Shown here: positions 105,501 through 120,000 of the stretch, one piece after another
How positions within the stretch are numbered: the stretch's first letter is position 1
Layout: each line of letters opens with the position of its first letter
DNA from: Wallemia ichthyophaga EXF-994
Taxonomy: Eukaryota; Fungi; Basidiomycota
DNA: 248,000 nucleotides
Assembly (NCBI RefSeq): GCF_000400465.1
Contig: NW_008806276.1
Location: 20,001 to 268,000, forward strand
Direction of reading: 5' to 3'
Notes under the pieces: generated by a model
Told to the model about the DNA's origin: nothing
What the model saw: only the letters and a program-made list of their open reading frames with translations
Database searches by the model: none
Translations under genes and position numbers: made by a program

Positions 105501-105767
105501 ATGTCCATGCCAGCGAAAGAGGAAATAAACGCGCCAACGCCAGGAGACATAAACCAAGTGCGAGAATGGCTGACAGAGCACAATTACACCACAGATCCAA
105601 TGCAAGCGGTGCAGGAATTGAAGGAGCTAGTAAACGCACACGCCAGGCAGACGAGTGAGGGACTGGAAGTGGAGGAAGGGTATTCGGAGGCTTTCACCAA
105701 GCTCAGCGCGCTCATCAATAGCTTCAGATTCGCTTTAGCGGAGGAACAGCGCAGACAAGAGCAGTAA
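105501..105767 (+). CDS. Small uncharacterised helical protein
   Basis: 88-aa ORF with coding-like composition. Confidence 0.35.
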   Translation: MSMPAKEEINAPTPGDINQVREWLTEHNYTTDPMQAVQELKELVNAHARQTSEGLEVEEGYSEAFTKLSALINSFRFALAEEQRRQEQ

Positions 105768-106111
105768 AGGTATATCTTCAATTGTAATCATGTATAAATC
105801 GTTAAATAGCCATTGATAGACCATCTCTAGCCCACCATTGGCTGTCTGCGTTGCCACCACTCCACCTCCTCAGTACCACTCCAATCTCACCAGGGAAAAG
105901 AGAAATAATGATAAAAATAAGCTAGGAATACAACTGAGCCTACAAACACCCTTCACACACCCTCCCATACTCTCCACGGTTTAAAATCAGATTTTCATTT
106001 CAATCGCATCTCAGCAGAATTGCTCGCCTTCTTCCCCCAGCGACCTTCAGCAAGTAAAGTGAGGAAATTGAATAAAACAACGAAACCAAGCTCACAGAAT
106101 ATTTAACCAGG

Positions 106112-106734
106112 ATGCCTCACTCATTTGGTCTCCGCGCTCGTACCCGTCACTGTGAGTATGGCTTACAAGTTTTATTAAATGGCTGATGGAATGAGCAAGT
106201 GTTCTCCCGTAACTTCAAGGGTGTGTGAGGTGTACCCAACTCGCTGCATAGTCTAACGTCCCTCAGAGCACGGTCCAATCCACCTTAAAACCTACCTCAC
106301 TCCATACAAGGTTGGTGACATTGTAGACATCAAGGCTAACCCAGGTGAGCAACGCGGTATGCCACACAAGTTCTACCACGGGTGAGTTTTCATTCAAGCC
106401 CAAGAAGGCGCCACTCATTCCTCCATACAGTCGCACCGGTATCGTATTCAACGTCGCTCCACGTGCCGTTGGTGTCATCGTCTACAAGATTATCCGCTCC
106501 CGCTACATCGAGAAGCGTGTCAACTTGCGTATTGAGCACGTCAAGCACTCCAAGTGTCGTGAGGAGTTCTTGAGACGCGTTAAGAGCAACAGACAAGCTC
106601 TCTCTGAGGCTAAGCAAAAGGGCGAGCGTGTCAACCTTAAGCGTTCACCAAAGCAACCACGTGAAGGTCAAATGCTCAAGTCAAAGACTACTCCAGAGAC
106701 CATCGCTCCTATCGCTTACGATACTTACATTTAA
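106112..106734 (+). CDS. RPL21: 60S ribosomal protein eL21
   Basis: [37 protein letters not shown]; several introns. Confidence 0.95.
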
Positions 106735-107046
106735 ACTCGAAGAGTCTTTGTATTTGGCACTATTCATTCAAAACACTTGCTTAAAAATTCTTGTGAAATT
106801 GTCTCAAACCAAGTATTCATTCGAATTTCTGATATTAGAATACCCAGCCTTAGAAATTGTCTGCACACATACTGCTGATAAGCCTTTTGAATGCCCTCAC
106901 CCGAGCTGCGATAAACGTTTCGTAGGAAAATAAATGTCTCAAAAAATATTCATTCATTTGAATTCTTGTTATATAAAGTTGATAAGGGTAATTGAATCAA
107001 TGAAATTGTATCATATGTTGAAATCCGCTGCATTCATTCAAACGTC

Positions 107047-107217
107047 TTAATAGACTGGTTGTCTTCCGATTCCAAAGAAGTTTTCCTCTGAGTTCTAAGT
107101 GGTGTCAGTGTGTGCTAAGCGCGCTCGGTGTGCCGGCTGTGTATTTCAAACACTCACAACTGGTACAGCGGTTACTGCTGCGAATGCTGCTGCTAAAGCT
107201 ACTAATTTGATTTGCAT
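107047..107217 (-). CDS. 35-aa secreted micropeptide (MQIKLVALAAAFAAVTAVPV-NSEENFFGIGRQPVY)
   Basis: 60-nt exon 1, phase-0 intron 107157-107095 (GTGAGT...ACTGAC...TTAG), 48-nt exon 2 ending TAA. Confidence 0.6.
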
Positions 107218-109638
107218 ATTTCAATTTAACTGTCGTCGTTCGTCTACAAGATGTGAGCCGAGCGAGCAGTTATAAGTGATCCGACACTTGAATGCAGTTA
107301 CAAATAAAATTAATATTCTGGAACGTATTCGATAGCAAGGCACATGAGACTGTACAGATTCACGCATTCTCCATTCACTCTCACTCCCCTCGCCTTACGA
107401 ATGAGTTAACGCGTTCCTGTCCCTGGAATGTCCAATGAGGACTAATTGAAGTGGGGCACGTAAAAAAGTGTCATTTTAAGCGTATTGAGCAATATTATAT
107501 ACGCGTTTATTGTGGTTGTTGGGATTTTCTGCGTGTATGCAGCTATCTACATAGCGCATACGGTGAGCAAATAGGAGGAGCGATTATCGCGCGCTAATCA
107601 AATAGCCTTTCAGTATCTCTCTTTTATTTCTTAGGGCGCATATCACACTCGCACTCGTGATATCACTGTCGGCGAAATGAAATGTAATCAATTAATAACG
107701 CTGGAGCTGTCATATACAGCGTGACTTACGCTAGGTCTATCATCTTGGAATTTGTTTGGCTTGTGGAGATTACTTAGATGAGGGAATTATGTGCACTACT
107801 CTCTGTGCCTTCTTTGGAATTAATTACGGGTAAATTTTGATCCAATTGATCCATTCTAAACCTAGTTGGCACGCCAAACATGGCTATACATTCTTAGTAT
107901 TTCAAATTGGCTGTCTAAAAACAGTACAGAATGCATATTGCATTTAACGCGTTGGTAAAATCCACGTGATTTATGTCACTTTGAATAATTCGAGCCGTTG
108001 TCTATGTCTGGGAATGTCTACAGTTTCCAACGATAAAGAGCATATAAGCCCAAGTCCAAGCCATACAGACAATAAGACTTTACCGGTAGTCCGTATAACC
108101 GGTAACGTGGGGTGCTGTACATTAACCCGGGTACGCTGCACACGGTAAATTATAATCTATACTCTAGCTGATGATGTGCCAACCACTGTGGCCACCTATA
108201 CCACAACACGTAGCACCTCCATCTCCTCTAATTCTCTCTCTCACATGATCTTGCAAAGCCTGCAGAGCAGAGCGGATGGACTATACCAGAAAGCGCACCA
108301 AACAATCCACCCACTGCACCTCTGTTTGGCTATTTTCAGCTGCTTACTTACGCTCATAGGAGTTTGCAGTTTGGTAGCGTGAGCAAATACAAAAACGCAC
108401 GCACACAGCTAAAGTCGTCTAATCAGTGATAAAGAGGACCTGCCAATAGGTCCACACTCATACAAGGCTGGGATCGTTGCACTCGTCGCTGCCGTCTTTC
108501 TTTGGTTCGGAAATAGTTATTTGGTTTATAATCATTACATTAGCAAGTTAAGAAGGGGTGTGTAGGTAAACCAGCTACTTCGATACCTCCAAAGCCTTTC
108601 TACGTCTCATTGATGTATTTTTTCATCCTCAAATTTTCTTCTAAACTAATCAAATCCCTTTTCTCGTCGTGGCTTTTCTGCATTTTGTTCGAATATTCTG
108701 AGCATTTGGCTGTGATTTAAATCTCCAATCCCACCTCAGATAATCCACAGGCGTTACAGCAGTTTAACTTGCCGTTCAGCCTCGATCTGTGCCAGTCTGT
108801 GAAGCGAGTCGCGTTTGAGACAGTCTCACCTGTACAAGTCTCACTCACAAGGCGTATATGAAATTTTACAGTTATAGCAAAATCTTTTAAATTTCTTCCT
108901 ATTTGCTGACTCGAGACACTCCTGGCGTATATACTTCTCATTCAAATTCTCCTCGAAAGGTCTCCTGGTTACCCCCCTCCCACTGAAATAGGCAATTACT
109001 GTCTGTTTGTGTAAGTGTGTATGTATGCTAGTTTCAGCATCGTCTGAAATTCTGTGTTTAAGATCGACCTGTCTTGCTCACCAGCCAGACAGAAGCGCGT
109101 TATGAGGTATGGAACAACAGGGTCTTTTCTCATTGCTTGAAGCTGGTAATTTATAGTTGCAACTCATCTTACAAATATTCCTCCTTAAGTATGCAGCTTT
109201 GATTGATTTCTTGGAATGTGGTGAATTCATCCGTGGCCGCGGGGGTCTTTAATAAATGTGAAGAAGCCACGCTGCTAAATGAAACATACCTATGTGTAAA
109301 ACCGTAACTCCCTTCTCCAACATACATCCCACTTGGCTTTGTTCTGAGTAGGCAAAATTTCACGGTAATAAGAAGTCTCAGTGAGAAGAAAGATAGCGAG
109401 AGTGTAAGGAGGGGTTGTAATGAAAACACACGACAGTAAGATACAAATCTCAACTTTCGTAACCTTTTCGAGAAGCTTCCAAGACTTCAAGACTTCAAGC
109501 CTTCAAAATGAGTTCTGCGTGAGACTTGTGTTTGAAATTCAATGAAACCTTGGCAAAAATATCCAGAAGATTCCAGTGTATCATATACATCGTGGTACAT
109601 CAATCCCACGACACACACCTCTACTACCAACTTCCATC

Positions 109639-111410
109639 ATGTCCGCAGACGAATTGAAAGCCCAAGGAAACGCAGCGTTTAGCGCAAAAGACTTCACGAA
109701 AGCTGTAGACCTCTTCACGCAAGCCATCGCTCAAGACGCCAACAATCACGTCCTCTACTCAAACAGGTCGGCTTCTTACGCAGGTCTTAAGCAATACCAG
109801 AAGGCGCTAGACGATGCCAGCACCACAATAAGCAAGAAGTCTGATTGGCCAAAAGGTTACGCTAGAAAGGGCGCTGCGCTGCATGGATTGCAGCAGTACA
109901 TGGAATCAGTTGAGGCTTATGAGCAGGGTTTGAAAGCAGCTCCGACAGATTCTGGCTTGCAGAAGGGTTTGGCTGACGTCAAGGCTGCTGCTCAATCCGA
110001 CGACGACGGTCCAGGCAGAATCGCTGAAATGTTTAAAGATCCTAACCTCATTGGAAAATTGGCACAAAACCCTAAAGTTGCCCCAATGCTCGCTGATCCT
110101 GCGTTCATTGCTAAACTCAAGGCTATCCAATCGGGTGGTCAACCTTCACCAGACATATTCCAAGATCCACGCATGATACAGGTTATGGGCGCTTTGATGG
110201 GTGTCGATTTACAAGCATTTGAACGTCCAGAGGGTAGTGATCAACTTCCTGAAAACCTCCAGAAGGCAGACCCACCTAAGCCAGCAGCAGCCCCAGCTCC
110301 TTCTCCCTCACCCGCACCAGAGGCAAAGATGCAAGAAGCAACTCAACCAGCTGAGTCTTCTACTTCTGACGAAAAGAAGGAGGCTCTCAAAGCCAAACAA
110401 CAAGGTAATGAGCTCTACAAAGCCCGCAAGTTCGATGAAGCCATTCAAGCATACGAGAAGGCTTGGGAACTCGACAACTCGGACATCTCATACCTCACTA
110501 ACCTTTCAGCTGTTTTCTTCGAGAAGGGAGATCTTGAAAAGTGCCTAGAAGTTTGTGAAAAGGCTGTGGAAGAGGGTAGATCGATGCGAGCTGACTACAA
110601 GCTCGTCGCGAAGGCTCTCGGTCGTATCGGTAGTGTGTACTACAAGAAGAAGGATCTTGACGCGGCTGTGAACTACTTTAATAAGTCGCTCACAGAACAT
110701 CGCTCAGCTGATGTGCTCAACAAGCTCAGAGCCACTGAGAAGGAGAAGAAGGATGCCGAAGTGGAGGCATACATCAACCCAGAATTATCAGAAAAGTCGC
110801 GCGACGAAGGGAACGTAGCTTTCAAGGTGAGTCTAGATCACAATAGTGCCATCACATCACTAACAATCTTACTCAGCGTGGAGATTTTGCAGAGTCCGTC
110901 AAACTCTACTCCGAGGCAATAAAGAGACTGCCAGACAACGCGCGTGCATACACAAACAGAGCAACTGCGTACAACAAATTAGCTGCCCTTCCTGAAGCCC
111001 TCAAGGATGCCAACAAAGCTATAGACATCGACCCATCGTTCGTCAGAGCGCATATTCGCAAAGCTATGGTGTTGTTCGGCATGAGAGACTACACGCAAGC
111101 AGCAGCAGCGCTCGACAAGGCCACTGCAAATGATAAGGAGGGATCAAACGGCAAAGAGATCAGAGATTGGTCAGCCAAGATAAACTCAGCACTGTATAGC
111201 CAGCGTAGTGAGGAGTCAGATGAACAGACACTCGAGCGAGCAATGAGGGATCCAGAAGTGGCTGCTATCATGGGTGACCCAGTTATGCAGTCTATTTTGC
111301 AACAGTCACAAACTGATCCAGCTGTGCTGCAACACCATATGAAGTCATCGTCTGCTATTCAAGAAAAGGTGATGAAGTTGATCAACGCTGGTATTATAAA
111401 GACACGTTAA
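109639..111410 (+). CDS. STI1: Hsp70/Hsp90 co-chaperone Sti1
   Basis: TPR repeats, LYSNRSA, DP domains (AMRDPEVAAIMGDP). Confidence 0.95.
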
Positions 111411-111471
111411 AGTTTTACCTGTGTACTGTATGTGCATTGCTACAAATTGATTTTCTTATTTCGGCACTCCG

Positions 111472-112807
111472 ATGACTGAAAAAAGCGTGCTTATCGTTGG
111501 TGCTGGAGTGTTTGGGCTAAGCACAGCGTACGAGCTGTTGCAAGATGGATACAAAGTCACAATCGTTGAGCAGTCAGACCAAATTCCTTCTGAGAGCTCC
111601 AGTTCAACGGTATGTACGCCGAAGACCATCCCAGCCACGTTAAATACTCGCACAGGACATTTCCAAGATTGTCCGCGCAGACTACAGCTCAGCCGTCTAC
111701 TCAAAGCTCGCAGCAGAATCGATAGCGGATCTTGAGAAGAACTGGACAGAGGCTGGCTTCTTCCATCAGTGCGGGATGGTTGTTCTAGGGGAAAGTGACT
111801 ACGCTAAGGCGTCTTACAAGCATGTGAAATCTATGTATCCTGAGCAGGTGCGTTTGCTCGACCAATCTTCCATACAAGACGTCCTGCCGAAGAATGTTCC
111901 ACTGAATAGCCTCACGCGCACAGCATATCAAAACAAAGCAAGCGGATGGATCGAGTCTGGGAGAGCTACAGCCGAATTGGCCAGACGCTGTGAGGAAATG
112001 GGTGCGACACTCATCCCTAATTTCACCGTTGGCCGTGTTATTTGGAGTGGTGACAATGACAGAGTTGTAGGCGTAGAGAGTGCTTCCGGAGAGGTACTTG
112101 ATGCTGCTCTTACCATTATCGCGTCAGGCGCGTGGTCCACTCTGCTCGACGACCAGATCAACAAGATGCTCCTCGCGTCTGCGCAGTCTGTGGCCATGAT
112201 TAAGCTCACTGAAGAGCAACACGAGCGATACAAAGACTCCCCTATCGTCATCAACCTCAATACCGGGATTTATATGTTTCCCCCCACTTCCACGCGCTAT
112301 TTCAAGGTATCCAAGCATCACGCAGGGTACATCAGTAGAGAGCGCAATGCACCAGTCTCGATAGATACCAAACGCGAGCAACTAGGTGAAGACGAGCCTC
112401 CACTGTCCATCTCCAAAATACCTAGCGTGATGTACGACGAGCTCCGAAATGGTTTGAAAGAGGTTTATCCGGAGATAGCTAATGACTCGTCGCTGGAGTG
112501 GAAAACGAGGATGTGTTGGTACTGCGATGCTCAGAACGGCGATTATATTATAGATTACCACCCCCTTTCCAACAAGTCGCTCCTGTTCGCCACTGGCGGC
112601 AGCGGACATGCCTACAAAATGTACACTGTTCTCGGCAAACTCGTCAAGCAACGTATGGACGGTACACTGGATGCGGAGATGAGCGACATGTTTAGTATAC
112701 AGCGCGATACAGAGCAGGTGCCTGTCGTCGATAAAAGCAGATTGGACACAGTCAGGCGCGATTTTTCGGTCGCGTTCATGGCTGAAGGCCAGCAGCAGCC
112801 CAAATAG
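111472..112807 (+). CDS. FAD-dependent amine oxidase (fructosyl-amino acid/pipecolate oxidase family)
   Basis: IVGAGVFGLSTA, RMCWYCD, ATGGSGHAYK. Confidence 0.85.
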
Positions 112808-112965
112808 GCATGAAAATTTTGTACTGCTATTTGGTACGACGAAATTTCGCTAAGTCTCAAGATATAAAATGAGAACCACTACCAGGTGGATATAGAATAA
112901 TTAGACTATAATTTGTTGAAAATAAGTGTATGCTTTCATGCTACACCACATTGCATCCTGACATC

Positions 112966-114020
112966 ATGCAAGATAAGACTGCAATCGTGTTTGTGCATGG
113001 GTGAGTGGGATGCTCCCTTCTAACAAGCACTCAATCACACCGAACAGCTTTAAAGGCGGCGTGGATACATTCGGAAGTCTACCGCAAGATATGGAGTGTT
113101 GGCTGGGCATGCAAACCGAGCTAGACAAATACACCTCAACAGTGTATCCTGCGTGGAAGACGTCTGGGAAGTTGGTGGGTTGATGGACGAGGTACTCAAA
113201 TACAATAACCCCAACACACTTGCAGGAAATCGCAGTAGACAATCTGCAAGCCTGGATGGCAGAGCAACAACTGCAAAACCAGTACACGGCCTTCGTACTA
113301 GTCGCGCATTCAATGGGTGGACTTCTCGCCTGCGACGTGTACCTCAAGTCCCTCCGAGAAGGAAACAGACTGAACATAAAGGCTGTTCTCAATCTCGACT
113401 GTCCCATGATTGGCTTACACCCACATGTATTCGCTAATACTACGAACGACTATTACAACAAGTTTAACAAAGTCAAAGATGTCGCAAGTGGCGCATCGGT
113501 GCTGATACCTTTTGTCGGTGCATTGTGGGGCGCGAATAAGTCTGATAAAAGCGGTGCCGAACAGAGAGATGAGCGAGAGAAAAAGGTTAAAGACAAGGAA
113601 CACAATGTACAACCTAACACAAACTACCTCAAACCGGCAGGCGCAGCTATAGCAGCTATATCTGCAGTAGGCGCAGGTGCTTACTTTGGGAGAGATAAGA
113701 TATTAGAGGCGTATCGAGCAGCAGCAGGTCTGACTACCGATCACTTGCTCTTTTTGTCAAACTTGTGGAACACGCGCAGCCTCAAAGAGCGCCTGGATAG
113801 CATGTCTAATGCACCTGTGGTATTCAAAAACTACTATACCCACCTTCCACATCTCAATGATAGGACTTTTTGTCTCATACCTGCTAAGCACAGCAGTTTC
113901 ATCAAGACTTCAAACTCCCTCGCCAACGATGAGATTAGCGCACATATTAACATGTTCAACGCTTCTTCTAACAGCAGCTACCATCAACTTCTCAAGCATC
114001 TTGTCGAGGATGCACTCTAA
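112966..114020 (+). CDS. Alpha/beta hydrolase-like protein
   Basis: IVFVHGFKGG, LVAHSMGGL, DEISAHINMF. Confidence 0.7.
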
Positions 114021-114034
114021 CAAATATTTTACAA

Positions 114035-117000
114035 CAATCTATGACGACTTGATGCTATCAGTGTATTCTTCCAACATTTTCAGATCGTGGTACCGCGCCA
114101 CTGAGTTTATAACTTGGAGACGCCTTTTGAATGCTTCGCGTGATGTTGTCAGCTTCCAAGCACCAGAACAGTGACAATGTGCAGCTAAATCGGAAGATCC
114201 TGAGACGCGTTAGAGTAGCCAAGATAACATTTCAGCACCCACTAATCGTGCCACACTTGGAGCATTTGAGATCTTGCACGGCGAACCCAGCAACCAGCTT
114301 GTCTACAACACCTAACAGTGACAGCTCCACCTCCATCTTGTCCTGTGAGCGACCGCAGGAAGCACATGGCCATTCTTCTTCAAGAAGCTCTACATCACGC
114401 ACGAGGTCGAGATCCTGAACAAATGTACATGCTTTGCACACCACACCTGTCACCTTAAAGCTTTCACAAGGCGGCTTGAATTGGGCATCCTCGGAGCTGG
114501 AGATGGGTGTTAGCGGGACTCACAAGAAGTACGAATACACCCACAATTCTCGTACTTTCAATATATCCAGCAGGTTGCGTTTCAGTACTGTCACCTCAAT
114601 AGCAACATCTCTAGACAACCCTAACACAGTGCACACACTCTTAACAAATTCCAACGTTGGGTTCTTCATATTACCCTGTGAGCCTGGAAGGAGAGGGAAG
114701 ATAAACATGTTGGCCTCTTCGTTGTCTTCCACACCGCTCGCCAACTCCGTCGCCGCTTCCGACTGTTTGCGAGACATCTCGGTGACTATCTTGAGTAGTC
114801 TCCTAGTGATCACACGCGTGATCAAATTCCTCTCAAAGTCTATTTCTTGCTTTTTGTAATCATCAACCGCAACCTCGCCTCCTTCGTTAGCGATCGCTCG
114901 CAGTGGTTTTCTGTATTGTAGACCCATCTTGCGTTTCTCAGAATACATGGCGTAGATATACTCAGCTATGACTATATCAAAGTAGTTTTGCAAAGCTGGT
115001 GGGAGATACTGTGGGACGTTCCACTTCATATCGACATGGAACTCCTCAGGCGGAGAGGATGAATTTGGAGCGTGATTGACGACACCACCGAAATTGGACA
115101 GATCCATCCACACCAGATAGTCCCAGAAGTTTACCGTCGTAAGTGTAATGTGCTTGAACAATTCAGCCGAGGTTGTAGCCGAGAGAATGTACTGTGCGTA
115201 CGCGGCAGCTGAGCCAGCAGTTGGTTTCGATGTGAGGATGAAAATTCGTCCAAAGTCCGCATAAACTATACCTGAACCAAGTCTCTTGATTTCCGCTAAA
115301 AGCTGCAAGAATACTTTCTTCATTAGTCCTCGCAGGAAGCGATGAATACCTGGATCGAAGAGTCGTGACACTGGTGAAGAGATCCACCTGAGCAAATGAT
115401 CAACCAATAAATGTCCAAATGCACTCTGTCCGTCAGCTGACTTTGCCTTATCTAGATACCAGCTTTTGACCATCGACTTGAGAATGGAGAAGACCTGCGA
115501 TGACACGACAGCCTCTCCCAACGTGACAGAAGCTTTGGCCTGCCCTTTTGTATACTCATCTATGGTGTGTGATGTACTGTCAAAGACAGTAGCTGCAGAT
115601 CCTGCACCTTCCATCTCATTTACAAGCGACGACTGAAGGATAGAGTTGACGGCAATATCTCGCAACTCAACTTCAAGTACGACGTTTGAAAATGTGCCAG
115701 GGTTTGAGAACTCTTCAGGCCCACCGCCTTCGTCTGCAAATTGTTGAGGAGGCACATCCTGTTCACGTCCACCGAGATCAGGCTTCGACGAATGAGACCA
115801 CCAAAGTAGGATATCACTTTTAATTAATCGCCTAGCAAACGATATGTCAGACAGCTGTATAGGGGCGTCCCTCTCTATGTTACCAACAGGGACGTCATAA
115901 TGCTTAGCCAGCCCGATCCTCTCGTGAATCCAAGCCGACATACGGAAGTACATACCAATCATCCTCTTAGATATCTTCGGCAGCCACATCAGACTCTCGT
116001 CGATACTCAAATCTTTGCGGGACGTGGGCACTGCAATGACAGGGTAATTGTTTAGTCCGTCACCAAATTGAGAGAAGTAGGATTGCGATTGGGGCGAGTT
116101 TAGGACAACAATTGTAGGACCTTGCCTCTGACCACCAAGGGTATTGAGATATCTGAACATGTTCTTGACAGCAGACTGTTCGCCACCGTGGAAAGTAACT
116201 TCAAAAGACATTTCAGAACTATACTCAAATGCCTCGTCGTTCTCCTCAGATTTACGGGATAGATAACTTTCATAACTCTGTCCATAGACCTTGTCCAAAT
116301 TTGGCAGCTGTGGACGCGTCCTACTGGATGAATCCACAATAAATATCTTGCATTCACCATCTGGAGAGAAGACACTATATATGTGGCGGCGATCTACGTA
116401 AGCGTGGAACATGTAGATGTACCGCAGCTGGTTGAAGTTTTGCAGATAGGTTTTAGAATTTTGAGCTGCATTGGAGAGCTCCACTAATTCGAAACCGCGG
116501 TCAAGACCCTTGCTTAGTCCACCAGTTGATGCTTTCGAAAGTGCGCACTTTGATCCCAGCCTGATCAACGCACGATCAATAAGTGGTACCTGAATTTTGC
116601 GTTAATGTGAACAGTCAGTGAGGTACTACATCCAACCCACCTGCATCTCGTAGACACTGTCAACATTTATGTTACTCGTCAGATTCTTGAAGTGAGACTC
116701 ATTGTCGACGTAGAGTCGCTCAGGGACAGTCAACTTGAAAAGATTGAGACATGGTTGGTCACGTGGCAAGCTTCTCACGACCCTCTCAGCCATATACTCT
116801 TCCGCAAATTCACCTTCACCAGGTGCATTTTTGAGGTTGAGATAGAACTCCCTCGGTATCCTCAAGCGGACTTGTTGGAAATTACCGCCAAGGCTTAACC
116901 ACAACCTGAATTCACCAGGTCTAACGGAGGGATAGATTTGCACTATATCCCAAGCACTCCCACTAAATCCAACAGAGCGGTCTTGGAACATACCAAGAGC

Positions 117001-120000
117001 AGTCTGACGCGAAACGCCTGCTTGATTCCTCGAAGCCTTCGATCCATGCTTCCTCTTATATGCCCTCTGCAACTTCCAACGCTTACGCATTACTCTAATG
117101 AATGCACTGTAATCCTCATCGGCATCTGGGACAGGGATGGACATGACTCTCTCATACTCTTCCTCCTCGAGCTGCTGACGGTTTTTCTTGCGCACTGCTG
117201 CCTGCTTCGGTTTGCCATTGACAGATGGACCGATGCCCAAGTCCTCCATGTCCTGGTTAACCTCTCTCTGCTTCTCGAACATATCAGTCAGCTTGTGCTG
117301 TCTGAATTTGTCATCCGAATTCGCTATTCTCTTGTAGAGCCAATCCGGGTGAGCGATGCGTGGGACTGGGTTGGGTATCTTCTGCAGGGCTGCTGGAATA
117401 GTGATAATTTTTTGAACAACTGAACCGAATCTCTCAATATAGTAATCCCAATCGAGAATGCTTCTAATATCAAAGTCAGTCAGACTGTTATCCTTCAGCC
117501 ATTTACGCAGATAGTGAGATTTGATAGACTGTTCAGCAGTGAAGATGGTAACCGGTACAGCTCTTTCAGTAACAGGAGCACCGAATGGTTTGGCAGAAAT
117601 AATGTATCGACAACTAAGACCCTTATCTTTGACCATCTGCTCACCCAAGAACTCTGCAAGTCTGCGAGCTGTTGATATGGAGGTGGATTTCTGACCCTCG
117701 TACTCGGCAAGTGTTTTACTCATTGATCGATTCTCGGAAATCAGTTCAACTAGCTCCTCATCAGATAAAGTGGAACCTTTACCGAAGAGAATATCCAGCC
117801 ATTGGTCCGCAACTTTGGCGACAGCATCGTAGCACTCCTTTGTCGTCGATCCTAACAAAAATTTACTGAAAATTTCGCTTTGGAAGAATTTGATGAGCTG
117901 CAGTTCACCCCTGCGCTTCACTTCGAATCCCTTTAATTCTGCTAAAGAACCGTCCTCTTCGAACACCGCGTATCGCTTCTTCAGCAGCTTATCTTCTTCT
118001 TTGGAGGCAGGTAAGATCATCGCACGATATGGTCCATCCAATTCGAAGAAAATACTATTCTCCGAATGCATTTCATACTCCCCTTTGTCCTTGTTGGTGA
118101 GAGTGTGGTATTGGTCGTTGGTGAATTTTCCGTGGACAAGGTGATTAAGCATAACACATGGGTAAGAGAAGCCCATGGTTTTGCCGCCCTTAAGAGTGAA
118201 TTTAAAGTTTTCAGGAAAGCAGCCTGGAAGCATACACCAAATACCGTCAGTATCTAATTCAAGCGGTCTGCCAATCTGTTCGACGAGCTGACGAGCCATC
118301 TGGATGATAGTCGCACCAGTCAAGCAAGTTATACCTGCCATCTCCATAGAATACCATCTCGCACCTTTACGCATGACATAACCGTAGAAAGAGTTAAGAA
118401 TGCACTTGTGGGCGAGTTGAAGGGAGTCGTAAAGAGTTATCATATTCTTAGCCTCAACTGAGGCAGACAAACTGCCCTCTTCATTTGCATTGTCTAATTT
118501 ACCTTTCCACTGCTTGTGAAAACCTTTGTACTCATACCGTCTATCGCGAAACGCCCTAACTGTGTCAATGTAGAACGGGTTTTCGCGCTGACAGATTATA
118601 GCTTCACGGTTGATGATTTTGGTATCGTGTGTTTTGCGATAAACCTTCCTCGAGTAATCCCCAAGACGCTTCTGTATTAGAGCGGACTGTTCAGTAGGCG
118701 AGAGCTCGACAAAGCGTCTCTTGGGCGCACCTATCTGACGACCAGGGAAAGACTCCGATTCGAGTGCGTGTCTAATCATATTGTACTCATCTCGCTTTGC
118801 AGGGAAAAATTCACCACGCCAAGCCCATGTCAAACGCCTATCACACTGCTTATCGGGGGTGTTGTAGTCACATGCTGCGCACATTCCCTCATCAACCACG
118901 GCATCTGGCTGTAGCCTGTTTGACAACATGATCTAAGAGAAGGTGTGTTAGCATGTGTGTAAGACATACTACTCACTCACATTCGGATACATGGCAGCAA
119001 CGTCAAGATGGTAGATCAACGGTGGATCTTGTCTGACGGGATTATCACGAAGATTCTCCAAAACCCCCTTGATCTCATTCTTGACTTGCTCGTAATTCTC
119101 CACATCCTCCAACCTCTTCTTCTCCTCGACGACAATGGAGAACTGGAGTGCGTTGTCGAGGTCATCAATGAGCTGAGGCGAGGAGAATGAGTGTCATCGC
119201 CACCGAATCAAACAAATCCTACTAACCTGCTGAATAGCCTTGGGGACAATCTTGAAATCAGTAGCTATGTCATTCCTGAACACACCAGCTTCCAACGCTT
119301 CGACGTGACCACCGACATAAGTCTCTGACGACAGCAGATGTCCTTCATACATACTGCCTTGTGGGTCGACGTGTCTGTTGGGCATTATGACGCCAGCACT
119401 GTAAGCCTCGACCATGAGCAGAGTTTCACAGAGCGTGCCAGAACCCTTGCGAAGGACATCGTCGGGGTTGAGAGGTATAATGTTGCAGAGGGAGAAGACG
119501 AAACTGAGAGAGCGTTAGTGTGAGGTGATGAAAGGAGAAAGTGAAACTGACGGATGGATATATTTCATGTAGAGGTAGTAAGTAGCTACGGCGTCAGACA
119601 CCGAATACTGAGCGAGCACTTGCGGCTGCTCAATGGCGTATCTAGAAAAAAGGGTGAGTGGTGTATTCAAAGTTGAGCCTGAGAAAACCTACGGTGTCAT
119701 GAGCTCTGGATCAAGTTCAATGGGGTTGTAGCCGAGTTTGGCAACAGTGACAGCTTTGAGACCGTGACTACCCTGGGGGAGATAGGAATCCCGCTTCACC
119801 CATCTGAAACAATCCATGTGTGAACAAGTTGCACTTTTATACTCATCCTCATTGTCCCTCTCGAAACCTGTCTCGGCGTAGAGACTCAAACCATTTGCAG
119901 TGGCGCGAGCATCGACGTAAGGAAAATCGAAGAAATCACCGTTGTAAGTAGCCATGACGGTGGGTTGAACCTGTCTGATGTGCTCGAAGAAGCGTTTCAA

